Below, in pieces: positions 1-11,044 of a DNA stretch of 64,000 bases (positions are counted from its first letter, which is position 1; every line of letters begins with the position of its first letter). The stretch is from Leucoraja erinacea (lineage: Eukaryota), in assembly GCF_028641065.1 (NCBI RefSeq), contig NC_073382.1, forward strand, positions 59,210,001-59,274,000, read 5' to 3'. The position numbers were made by a program, and so were the translations under genes. The notes below the pieces were generated by a model. It did no database searches. It was not told the origin of the DNA and was given only the letters and a program-made list of their open reading frames with translations.

Positions 1-110
1 ATTATTACTTATTTGATATTTGTGCTAGCATAGTGCTGCTGCCCTAATTTGCAAATTTAGGCAATGACATTCCTTTGTTTTAATAAATGTATTTGTATAT
101 ATTCTCATTG

Positions 111-276
111 TGTGGATGTCCCTGGGGGGTAGGCCACTCCTTGGATCATCCCCCTCGCTGATTGAGGAACAGGGACGTTGGTCTGCCAGGGGGTTTCCAG
201 AGGACCCTGGTATATGTGCTATCGCTGTGTGGATTAAAGACTACTGTTTGAACCTGCCTGGTGTCTGGTCGTTACA
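111..276 (+). mobile_element. Probable short solo LTR
   Basis: Begins TGT and ends ACA; flanked by 4-bp ATTG duplication (107-110, 277-280); internal ATTAAA near the 3' end. Confidence 0.45.
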
Positions 277-446
277 ATTGTGTGATTGATACATTTTGCT
301 GGTAGGTCTGATGTTTTAAATTACAATACTACTTCCAAACTGAATTTTTTTTAACATCCAATTATTTGTTCCCAACCACAATATGAGCTTGTTACACAGG
401 GTTGCAATTTGTTTGGAGTTCCTGTAGCATGTTTATAAGCAGAAGA

Positions 447-752
447 GGGCTGCAAAGTGGCACAATAGTAGTGTTGTGGCCTACGGTGCTGGACACCCAG
501 GTTCAATCCTGACCACGGGTGCTGTCTGTATGGAGTTTGTACGTTCTCCCCGTGACTGCGTAGATTTTCTCCTGGTGCTCCAGTTTCCTTCCACATTCCA
601 AAGACGTGCAGTTAATTGGCTTCTGTAAATTGTCCCCAGTGTATAGAATAGAACTAGTGTCTGGGTGATCGTTGGTTGGCATGGACTCAGTGGGCTGTAT
701 CTCTAAACTAAACTAAAGTAAACTAAAACTGAACTAAAACTAAACTAAACTA
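447..752 (+). mobile_element. HE1-like tRNA-derived SINE (V-SINE type)
   Basis: B-box GGTTCAATCC; V-core tgtatggagtttgtacgttctccccgtg...ccacattccaaagacgtgcag; (CTAAA)n tail. Confidence 0.85.
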
Positions 753-892
753 AGGGAAAGACCAGGTCCAAGATGGCTGAGAAAGTCAGTTATGATCTAC
801 CTCATTTATTCTGCACACTACCAAGCAAAACCATTTAATATCTAGAAAGTAACTCTCAGGCACAAGGAAACAAATCTCAGTGTTATGGTAAA

Positions 893-1250
893 AAAAGACT
901 GGAGTACTGGAGTAACTCGATGGATCAGGCAGCATCTCTGGAGAACAAGGATAGGCAACTTTTCAGGTTGGGACCCTTCTTCTGATTGTAATGGGGGGAG
1001 GGAAGGGAGAGAAAGCTGGAGGAGAGGATGGGGCAGGACAATTCCTGACGAGTGATAGGTGGATGCAGGTGAGGGAGGGCAGGCAGTTTAATTTTGAGAT
1101 GGTTGGACAATGGCCAGAGATGAAAAGATTAAAAGTGTGAGAAGGAGATAAGGAGAGAAGAGTGTGAAACATAAAGCCAGAGAAGGAATACAGGTGGAAG
1201 GGGACAGGGGAAGTGTGAAAGGGGGAACATCAGATGGGGCACATGGAAAT
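893..1250 (-). mobile_element. Penelope-like element 3' non-coding fragment (old)
   Basis: ctggagtaactc...caggcagcatctctggag...cccttcttc motif followed by a purine-rich tract, same layout as the copy at 50813. Confidence 0.6.
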
Positions 1251-1846
1251 AGCATCTGCTCCTCATGTAGATATTTATCATATCAGTTTTTTATCAGATA
1301 TTTATCAGATATAAGTAAGGCCACCACTGGTGAAACACAATCATTTCATTTTATTGCCATGTCATGTAAAATACGCCTCAAGGTAACTTATAATGGAATA
1401 TTTACATTTATTTTGTTTTTTTCATTGGTTGTTGGATTCGACTGCATCTACCGATCATCCCCTTGCTAGACTGTCAGGGGCAGTCCAACAGTCAACCATA
1501 ATAAAAACAGAAAATGCTGGAAGCATTGACTATAGATCAGACAGCACCTGTAGAAATAGAAACCAAGATAATATTCAAGACCTTTTAGACCTTTGTCAAC
1601 TACATTGCAGTGTGTCTGCCTCACGCAGACTGTGCAGGTTGAGGAAAGTGACCCTCCTTTTATTTGCATAATTTCCAAACAGATTAGTTGTCATTAACCA
1701 AGTTTTCAAAACCCTCCCCTGTTTATTGTTGTCACATGTGCTGAGGTTGAGTAAAACACTTGCCTGTGTTCCCTTTACACCTACTGGGTTGAATTAGCAA
1801 CGGTGTTTTGTTTAAAGATACACTTGAACACTACTGAATAGGACAC

Positions 1847-2036
1847 AAGGTACACAAAATTGCTGGAGAAACTCAGCGGGTGCAGCAGCATCTATGGAGC
1901 GAAGGAAATAGGCGACGTTTCGGGCCGAAACCCTTCTTCAGACTATGCCGCTCCATAGATGCTGCTGCACCCACTGAGTTTCTCCAGCAATTTTGTGTAC
2001 CTTCGATCTTCCAGCATCTGCAGTTCCTTCTTGAAC
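1847..2036. mobile_element. Penelope-derived terminal-repeat foldback insertion with 14-bp TSD
   Basis: About 54-bp arms in inverted orientation; ACTGAATAGGACAC duplicated at 1833-1846 and 2037-2050. Confidence 0.8.
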
Positions 2037-2261
2037 ACTGAATAGGACACTATTGATTGTATAGATACAGAATCAAAGAAGAGTTTTTGGACAGTTTTGG
2101 TTTGTACATATTTTTATTCTGAATAAAAATTATTCTTGAATACATAAAATATCTCTTTATGGAGTGAATTAAACTTGGTTTATTTTGTTAATTGTTACCT
2201 GGTTCATTTTGTTATTATTATTACACCTGGATGGTGTGTTAGAGAGCTAGCTCCGACTGTG

Positions 2262-3300
2262 TAGGTATGTTACAAAACCTACCTGAATCGTGGCTGAGCA
2301 TCTGCCCTACCCCGTGTGCACGATTTTGGCGCTGTTTAGAGGGGGCGGGTTTAAAACGCGATTTTTACTAGGCTGTTCCAATCGAAAATGTTCAGCCTAG
2401 TAAATCATTAACGGAAAATCGCTGAAAGACCCCGTCGCAAAAGGTATTATTAGTTTTTATGGCCTTGTATAATATTTATAGTAGTTTAAAAATCACTCTC
2501 TCACTCCGCAACCTCTCGCAGCCCCAGGGTTTTATAAAGCAAACAATTAAAGGTATGTACCTTATTTTTACATTAAATGGGGCTTGTATATAACCCTGTA
2601 TATAAAATTTTCTATAGCGAGTAGTTCATTTTGGGCTCTTTATATCCCGCAGTATTTTTCTGGGCTCTTGAGGGCACAAATCCAGCGCAATGTGAACGTT
2701 CTAAACCAGCGCGTTCACAGGAACCCACTAGAAAGCCGATTTAAATTGACTTTAATTTACAGCAAATGAACACTAAATTCCTTCCATTTGGCCTATAAAT
2801 TGATGTAAATGAGATTTAAAAATCATGTTTTATTGTGAATTATTTGTGAATATTATTTGGACACTTGGGCTATTTAAAAATGTTAATCATTTATTAAGAA
2901 ATGGATAGATGTTTAGGTCTAGTAAGTGAAGTTTGAAATTAGCTACTATTGGGTAATTAACTAATTATATGCTGTAATTTCAGGTCATCCAAGTAAGATT
3001 ATTTTATATTTGTTTCAGAATGCTTCAATCTATGATAACTGAAAATTTCATTCAGTTCTCTTAATTTTTAAGAAGGTTATGGGCTTTTGACTGTCCACGA
3101 TCACAGCTTTTTTGTTATGTCCATAGAAAATCAATAGGGAACAAGATGCTAATTTCCGAGTATGAAAATGGCCATAACTTTTTTATTACTTGAGATATGA
3201 AAGTGAATTAGGTGTCAAATTAAACTTATTGTTATGCTTTATCTGATGGGATAAATTGCAGACTTGATTTTTTAAATCTCAAAATTTTGTAACATTGCTA
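2262..3300. mobile_element. Non-autonomous DNA transposon with TAG...CTA ends and 7-bp TSD
   Basis: Imperfect TIRs TAGGTATGTTACAAAA / TTTTGTAACATTGCTA; GACTGTG duplicated at 2255-2261 and 3301-3307; no ORF. Confidence 0.75.
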
Positions 3301-3388
3301 GACTGTGCATGCCCAGATCATAGGACACTCACTACAAACATTCTCGGCAGCTGCAGTGCTACAAAAGTTGGTCCGGTGTTTGTCTGTT

Positions 3389-3515
3389 TAAGAAGGAACT
3401 GCAGATGCTGGAAAATCGAAGGTAATCAAAAATGCTGGAGAAACTCAGTGGGTGCGGCAACATCTATGGAGCGAAGGAAATGGGCAACGTTTCAGGCCTA
3501 AACCCTTCTTCAGAC
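3389..3515 (-). mobile_element. Penelope-derived terminal repeat copy
   Basis: aagaaggaactgcagatgctggaaaatcgaaggt...aaacccttcttcagact, as in the other copies. Confidence 0.8.
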
Positions 3516-3534
3516 TCGTAGTTGCAGCGCATCG

Positions 3535-4565
3535 ACCGCCCGGTGGCGCTGTGTCCGTTACAATTGCGACACGTGACCGCCAGATGCCGCTGCTGCAGGC
3601 TGTAGTTGGGGTCGGGCCGCCAGGTGCCGCTGTGGTGGGGTGTGGGGCCGCCAGGTGCCGCGGGGTGGGGCCGCCAGGTGCCGCTGTGGTGGAGTGTAGT
3701 GGCGGGGTCGGCCCGCCAGGTGCCGCTGTGGTGGGGGGTGGGGTAGTGCGCTGGGTGGGGTGGAGTGGCGGGGTCGGGCCGCCAGGTGCCGCTGTGGGGA
3801 TCGCGTGGGGGGGTCGCCGCCGGTGCCGGAGTGGTGGGGGAGTGGCGGGGTCGGCCGCCAGGAGCCGCGTGCGGGGTGGAGTGGCGGGGTCGGGCCGCCA
3901 GGTGCCGCTGGGGGGGTGGAGCGGCGGGGGTCGGGCGACCAGGTGCCGCTGTGGTGGGGGTGTAGTGGCGCCGGGCCGCCAGGTGCCGCTGTGGTGGGTG
4001 GAGTGGCGGGGTGGGCCGCCAGGTGCCGCTGTGGTGGGGGTGTAGTGGGCGGGGTCGGGCCGCCAGGTGCCGCTGTGGTAGGGCCGGGGTCCCGCCAGGT
4101 GCGTGGTGGGGTGTAGTGGCGGGGTTGGCCGCCAGGTGAGGTGGGGTCGCCGGCGGGGTCGGACCGCCAGGTGCCGCTGTGGTGGGGTGTAGTGCGGGGT
4201 CGCAGCCAGGTGCCGCTGTGGTGGGGTGGAGGGCGGGGTCGCCTCCAGGTGCCCCGGGGGGGTGTAGTGGCGGGGTGGGCCGCCAGGTGCCGCTGTGGTG
4301 GGGGGTGTATCCCCCCCCAGGTGCGCTGTGGGCGGGGTTGGCCAGGTGCGCTGTGGTGGGGGTGTAGTGGCGGGGTTGGGCACCAGGTGCCGCTGTGGTG
4401 AGTGGCGGGGTTGGGCCGCCAGTGCCGCTGTGGTGGGGGTGTAGTGGCGGGGTTGAGCCGCCAGGTGCCGCTGTGCTCGGGTAGACGGCCAGGTGCCGCT
4501 GGGTCACCGGACCGCCAGGTGCCGCTGGCCTCACGGCGAGGGGGTCGGCCAGGAGACGCTGCGGG
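3535..4565. repeat. GC-rich minisatellite, unit about 40 bp with core GCCGCCAGGTGCCGCTGTGGTGGGG
   Basis: More than 20 visible repeats of ccgccaggtgccgctg separated by G-rich spacers. Confidence 0.95.
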
Positions 4566-4599
4566 GTTGGAAGCGCAGGAGGAGGAGTGGAGGGGGTGT

Positions 4600-4910
4600 A
4601 GGCCGCCGGGGGGGATGTTAGAGTGGCAGGGGGTGTAGGAGGCGAGGGGAGGGGTGGAGTAGGGCCGGGCCTGGAGGGGGGGCCGTTAGAGTGGACGTGA
4701 CCGCCAGCCCGGGGCCCGCTCGCAGACACAACAGGCGGCGCCTCCTCCCCCGGGGGCGTCTCTGGGCCGCAGCCCGGGATCCCCCCCCCCCGGCAGGCCG
4801 GGCAGCGCCGACACTGATCCCTGGAGACCCCAGTCACACCCCCGGCTGCTGCGCTCGGGTAGACGGGTCCTGGGTCACCGCCCCGCCCCGGCCTCACGGC
4901 GAGGGGTGGA
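4600..4910 (+). promoter_or_regulatory. CpG-rich segment; candidate REV1 promoter or non-coding first exon
   Basis: Only CpG-dense, non-TE-looking sequence upstream of the first coding exon; GC box ccgccccgccc; possible donor tcgg|gtagac near 4858. Confidence 0.3.
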
Positions 4911-5300
4911 GCGGGGTTGGAAGCGCAGGAGGAGGAGTGGAGGGATGTAGGAGTGGAGGGATGTAGGAGTGGAGGGATGTAGGAGGAGTGGAGGGGTGTA
5001 GGAGGAGTGAAGGGGGATGTAGGATGAGTGGAGGGATGTAGGAGGAGTGGAGGGAGTGCAGGTGCAGTAGGATGAGGGAGGGTCTAGAAGGATGCGGGGG
5101 AGGTGTAAATGCAGGTGGAGGATAGAGGGGGGGTGGAGGTGCAATAGGACGAGGAGGTGTGAGAGGAGGGGGTGTAGATACAGTAGGAAGGGTGTAAGAA
5201 GGATATGCAGGAGGAGTGGAGATGGAGTAGGTGCAGAGGAGGGGTGTGCGGGAGGAGGGGTTGGAGGGGGGAATGCAGGTAGGGGGGTTTGAAGGGGTGA
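4911..5300. repeat. Purine-rich low-complexity tandem repeat (GGAGTGGAGGGATGTA)n
   Basis: Directly visible. Confidence 0.9.
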
Positions 5301-6469
5301 TTTTTCATTCTGATATTTCATTGTGATGTGAACATTCTATGATAGAGATGTACATTTTCAAAATGTGATTAGATGGTGAAGCAGGCGGAAGGTTAGACCA
5401 TGTTGGGCCAAAGGGCCTGTTTCTGCACTATAACACTATTCAAACATTCAAAATGTTAAGGGAGAGTGGTTATAAAGAAAACAATTTTATGCAGCATAGT
5501 TATGATCTTGAGTTCACAATGTTTTTACTGCCCCTACAGAATCAATTATGGTTTTCTTAAGGTGACTAGAATGGCACTTGAAATAAACTTATTTTCATGG
5601 CTCTTGGTAAATAGAGGGAATTGGGACTAGGTGGATAGCTCTGCAAAGAACCAGTGTGTGCTTGATGAGGTGAATCCTCATATGCCGAACCATTCTGATC
5701 CCTTTTTAAATTATGACAATCCTTTATCTTCAATCTGCCAGCACACTTCCTCTTTAATCTGTGATATTTGCACATTAGTGTGTTACCAAGAAGCAGCCAG
5801 ATTTATTTTAATACATGGATAGTAGCCGATCAAAAAACCTATTGCGAATTTGGATGGTAATCAGATTTGTCAAATACCAGATTTAGTGAGCAATTTCTAG
5901 GCAGATATCTTCATTATGTAGCCTCAGAAATCTATTTGTGGTTGTTTATTTACCCCAAGAAAAGACATGGTAGAAAATTAAAGTAAAACCTAACAAGCAC
6001 TGGCTTTTCAATAATCTTGAGGGTGCCTTATAACCTGAAAGTACATTGAAGAACCACTGCAGTGATATTTTGCGGCTGTTAGCATGTCCATTTCCCCCTT
6101 GATTCCTGTCAACCAACTTTATTATTACTTTAATAAAAAGACAAAAATGCTGAAGTAATCAGTGGGCCGGGCAGCACTTCTGGAGAACATGGATAGATTA
6201 TGTTTTGGGCAGCGAAGGCAGCAAATCTGATCGCACTAATGTCCCTGCTGTCTGCTGTAGGGATTTTTTATTGCCAGGATCCTCTTCAATCAGCACCTAC
6301 CCATGGGTATTGGGTTGCTCTGTGAGTTACACTGAAGATTCCTTCCAGCAAGAGGCATGTGGCCATGATCTTCACTGAATGACAGCTCCAAGGAATGTGC
6401 ACTAAAGATTATGTGGGACCATTATTGATCTTAAAGGAGTATTTGACTCTTAATAGAAACAAATTGTGG

Positions 6470-7100
6470 TGATCCCTCTTCAAATGACCGTAGAAATGCA
6501 TCTGCTTCATATCTACTACCTGACAGTATGCAGCTGTGATTCTGACCAGTGGATCCTCTCAGACTGGATCCCTGTGCAGTCAAAGGAAAAGCAAGGTCAT
6601 GTCATCACTCCAATCCAACAATCTTCTCACTAGCATAAAGCTAAATTACAAAACTAGTGGGAATCTCTGGATCCAAGGTCATGATAAACTTGGTCAACAC
6701 AGCTGATGCATTCAGATGCTGAGTGCCAGACCTTTGTTGACTTGGTTAATTGAAATGAATGTGAAAATGGATCGTATACAAAAAATCTGCAAAACAAAGG
6801 TACTTACCCATTTGCCTTGCAATCCCTGAAGATAAAGGTCCGCAAAGAGACCCCACAAAAAAGGTTCCATTATATCGCCCACCACTCAATGAAGGCAGAC
6901 ATCAGTTATCAAATCAACCATAATCTCAGTGTGCCAATACAATCTTTGGCCTTCTGAAGGATCAAAGACACAGAGGTCAAGATGTAAACCCAAGGCCACA
7001 GTCAACCAAGCAGCAGGGCCTCCACCTTCAACCCTCACCTCAAACATGGACTGCCTTCTGCAGGTATTTCTAGACACTGGAGAGGGATCTACCCTTCCAT
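6470..7100 (+). mobile_element. Degraded RTE-like LINE fragment
   Basis: aagcaaggtcatgtcatcactcca resembles the RT motif KQGCVIAP; no open frame. Confidence 0.4.
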
Positions 7101-7342
7101 TGGCTTCATCTACACTTCATGCTGCCTCGGCAAGGCCACCAACATAATCAAGGAATAATCTCATGCTGGGTCACTCCTTCTTCTCTCAGCAGGCAAGAGG
7201 TGTAGAAGTTTGAAAACGCATCCATCCAGATTGAGGGACAGTTTCTTCCCAGCTATAATCAGGCAACTGAACTGTTCTCTCATCAAATAGAGTGCAGTCC
7301 TGACTTCCCCTCTACTCCATTGGAGACCTTTGAACTATCTTT

Positions 7343-7885
7343 GTTAAAGAAGGAACTGCAGATGCTGGAAAATTGAAGGATTTCTTTCCAGGTGCGGCAG
7401 AGGTTCACCTGCACCTCATCTATTGCATCAGCTGCTCTACATCGGTGAGACCAAGCGTAGGCTTGGCGATCGCTTCCCCCAACACCTCCGCTCAGTTCAC
7501 AATAACCAACCTGATCTCCCGGTGGCTCAGCACTTCAACTCCCCCTCCCATTCCGAATCCAACCTTTCTGTCCTGGGCCTCCTTCATGGCCAGAGTGAGG
7601 CCCACCGTAAATTGAAGGAGCAGCACCTCATATTTTGCTTGGGTAGTTTACACCCGAGTGGTATGAACATTGACTTCTCCAATTTTAGGTAGTCCCTGCT
7701 TTCCTCTTCTTTCCCCTCCCCTTCCCAGCTCTCTCACAGCCCACTGTCTCCGCCTCTTCCTTTCTTCTTCCCGCTCCCCCCACCCCGACATCAGTCTGAA
7801 GAAGGGTCTCGACTCGAAACGTTGCCTATTTCCTTCGCTCCATAGATGCTGCCTCACCCGCAGAATTTCTCCAGCATTTTTGTCT
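7343..7885 (+). mobile_element. Penelope-like retroelement 3' fragment (GIY-YIG endonuclease) with inverted 5' piece
   Basis: ORF 7423-7692 LLYIGETKRRLGDRF..HLRSV..DLPVAQHFNS..EQHLIFCLGSLHPSGMNIDF; flanking duplication ACCTTTGAACTATCTTT at 7326-7342 and 7886-7902; inserted in a Rex1-like 3' tail. Confidence 0.9.
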
Positions 7886-7974
7886 ACCTTTGAACTATCT
7901 TTAATCAGATTTCATCGTGCTAAATGTTGTACCCTTTATCTGTACACTGTGGACCGCTTGATTTTAACCATGTA

Positions 7975-9599
7975 CAGGTGCACAACCTTTTATCCGAAAT
8001 TCCGGAAACTGAAAAGCTCCGAAAATCTGACATTTTCGGTCCTGGAAAAAAGGGAGGGTATATTGCCCGGGTGAGTAGGAATCCCTAGACCTAGTACAGT
8101 GAGCGTCCACTGAGGGTCGCCCGGAGAGGTTCCGCGGTCACCTCTCCGGGTGACCCTCGGTGGACCCTCACTGAACTAGGTCTAGGGATTCACAAAAATG
8201 CTGGAGAAACTCCGCGGGTGCAGCAGCATCTATGGAGCGAAGGAAATAGGTAACGCTTCGGGCCGAAACCCTTCTTCAGACTGCCCTATCAGTCCCCCCT
8301 ATCTGTCTGAGGAAGGGTTTCGGCAAAGGGAGGGGAGAGAAGGGAAAAGAGAGAGGAACGATCTGCCGGACATGCTGTGTGTGTGTGTTTGTTTGGCGGA
8401 GTCTGAGGGGAGAAGGAGAGAAGGGAGAGAAGAAGGGAAGGGAGGGGGGGAATGGAGGGAGAGGTCCAGCGGCGGGAACAGATGCCTGGGTCCGGGCGTG
8501 AGCTGAGTCCGAGGTTTGTAAACGTTGCTGCAACCCCATCTACCCCTTTCTTCCCCCTCTACCTCTACTCTCTCTCGGCCCGCAGCGATCTGCCGGACAT
8601 GCTGTGTGTGTGTGTGTGTGTATGTGTTTGTTTGGCGGAGTCTGAGGGGAGAAACGCCGGCACTAAGAGCGAGCGAACGTGCGGATAGAACGGACAAAAG
8701 CAACGATCATAGGTCGGAATAGGTGACCAAAGATCTTTGTAGGTGACATTTCGGGTCGAAACCCCTCTTCTGACTGACGGGGGAAAGAGGAGCAAGAGCT
8801 ATGGACGGTACTAAGGACAAGTGAATGGAAGATATGCCGATATCTCCCGTTTCCCTTTCCCTTGACTATCAGTCTGAAGAAGGGTCTCGACCCGAAATGT
8901 CTACCAACGCCGCTCTATGACGTTGCTTTCGTCCGTCTGTCCACGCTTTCGCTCGCTCTTGGTGCCAGCGCTTCTCCCCTCATGGCAGCTATTGAAAAAG
9001 TCGACACGAAATATCACCTATTTCCCCCTATTGTCACGTATTCCTCATCAGAGATGCAGCCTGATCCGCTGATTTACTCCAGCCTTTTGTGTCTGTCTTC
9101 GGTTTAATCAGCATCTGCAGTATGTGCCGTTTAAAAAGTACAAGGCATGTGCCGTTTAAAAAGGAAGTGATAAAAAACATTTAACAACACCTAAACTGTT
9201 CCCCCGCAACGCTGCGAGAGGCATAACTGAAGTCGGGTCAGGGTTACTGAAATGGCGGAGGTTACGCTCCGGTGCAGACTACGCGTCAGTTCATTGTATT
9301 TCGCAGGAGTGGACCATCTTGCGTGCTATAAGATCTTTGCTCCAATTGATTTGATTACTCTAGCGCGGGGCCCAATTGGGAGAAATAGGTCCTATCCTAT
9401 TGGCTAAAGGCCGGCCCTGACCGGGTAACTGCAGGGATCGAGGCGCAAACTCGCGACCTTGCGGCCACGAGCCGAGCACTCTACCACTGAGCCACATGTT
9501 AAAATCTACGCTAAAAACCTTCCGTTCGGAAAACCGAAAAATCCCGAAATCCGAGAAGTGTCTGGTCCCAAGGCTTTCGGATAAAAGATTGTGCACCTG
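7975..9599. mobile_element. MITE family copy A (Tc1/mariner-pogo type; TIR CAGGTGCACAACCTTTTATCCG; TA TSD) with nested repeats
   Basis: TIRs at both ends with TA on each side. Removing the element restores a Rex1-like tail (..accatgTAtagtcttt..) like those near 32730 and 44135. Confidence 0.88.
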
Positions 9600-11044
9600 T
9601 ATAGTCTTTTCAGAAAGGCACGCAAACAAAAGTGAGCTTGGAGGAATTGGTAATGATGTTTCTTTTGTAAACCACAACTCTTAATATCTTACATGTGCAT
9701 GAACTATCTCAAATATCTTGTATGTGCATGAAATAACATAAATTTCTCAGTTAAGCTGGAAACTTGTAGGTGTTTTGCTGTCCCTCTAAGCGATGGGATA
9801 TTATGGATGATAATGATATACAAGTGTAGCTTGGAGATAGTAGGAGAGGTTGCAGTATAAGAGGTTTTTGTTTGTGATACCCACTTTGTGACCCTCCCCC
9901 TGGGGCTAGATCCAAACCAGGAGACACGACCACCTGAGCACATGACACATGGGTTACTGATACTCATCACTCCCCTAACTGCATGGAGCAGAGTTGCAGA
10001 TAAAGATTTGGATTCTGCCACAATGATAAGTTTCATAAGTAAGCTAATTTTTGTTGTTATTGCTCACACTCGCTGTGCAGAAGGCTTCAGCTATCATGTG
10101 TAATGGTTTAATCTGTTTGTTAATTTGCTGCTGCCTTAAATGCTATGGGTGATGTAAGGTCTAGTCCTTTAATTACTTTACTTTTGGCCACCTATTGTTG
10201 TGTTAATGTTTAAAAGTTGCAGGTCAACTCTACAAGTAACTTCAACAAGAATTGGCAGTTGTGTACAGTGCTACCCACCCCCCACTCTCCCCCCAGTCAG
10301 ATTTCCAAATGTTGGTCTGAGAGACTGCTCCAGCCATGATGTCTTACCACAGAAGGCCGTGGAGGTCGTTAATGGATATTTTTAACACAGAGATTGACAG
10401 ATTCTTGATTAGTACAGGCATCAGGGGCTATGGGTAGAAGGCAGAATGGGGCTAATAGGGAAAGCCATGTTTGAGAGAAAGTCATGTTTGAATGACAGAG
10501 TAGACTTGATGGGCCGAATGCCCTGATTCTGCTCCTATAACTTATGAACGATATTTGTCCATTGCTGGTTAATATCAGAGGTGTTATGTAGAGTGATAAT
10601 ATGTATGCATTCTTTCGTTGGATCAGCTTGATCTCCAACCCATGCGGGAAAGGAGTGCAATGCTCCACTATGGTTAGCATTGCAGGTCCCAACTGCTTGT
10701 AATTCAAAGGACTTTGTCGAACACTGAATTCAGGATGCTTGCAAAGATTGTGTTAGAGGTTTAAATCCAGATTTTACTAATATATATTAAAGTGGAATCA
10801 GCATATAACTGTTTAAATGCATGTACTGCCATTTATTGACAGTCAAATGTTGTGACCCTTGCTGAGCAAAAGTGAATGTCATCAGTCAGGATGCTGGGAT
10901 GCAGAGGACCTGAGGTCACCGATCATGATTTGCAAAAGACTGCTTTGCAAGTGCAGCAAGTCATTTGAAAGGATAGCAGAATATAATTGTTCCATTTGAG
11001 CTATTGATACACAAGAATATTGTGTTCAGCTTCGATCTTTCTGT

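Noticed and set aside
3576-4470. CRISPR-like repeat/spacer appearance
   Set aside because: The spacers are themselves degenerate copies of one G-rich sequence; the context is eukaryotic and there are no cas genes.
3445-4897. Long ORFs of 477, 312 and 197 aa
   Set aside because: They are translations of the GC-rich minisatellite, open on both strands because the unit lacks stop codons; no protein family signal.
8728-9339. Nested DNA transposon bounded by CAAAGATCTT...AAGATCTTTG inside MITE A
   Set aside because: Only a 10-bp inverted match, the left one is itself palindromic, and no TSD is visible; not enough to call.
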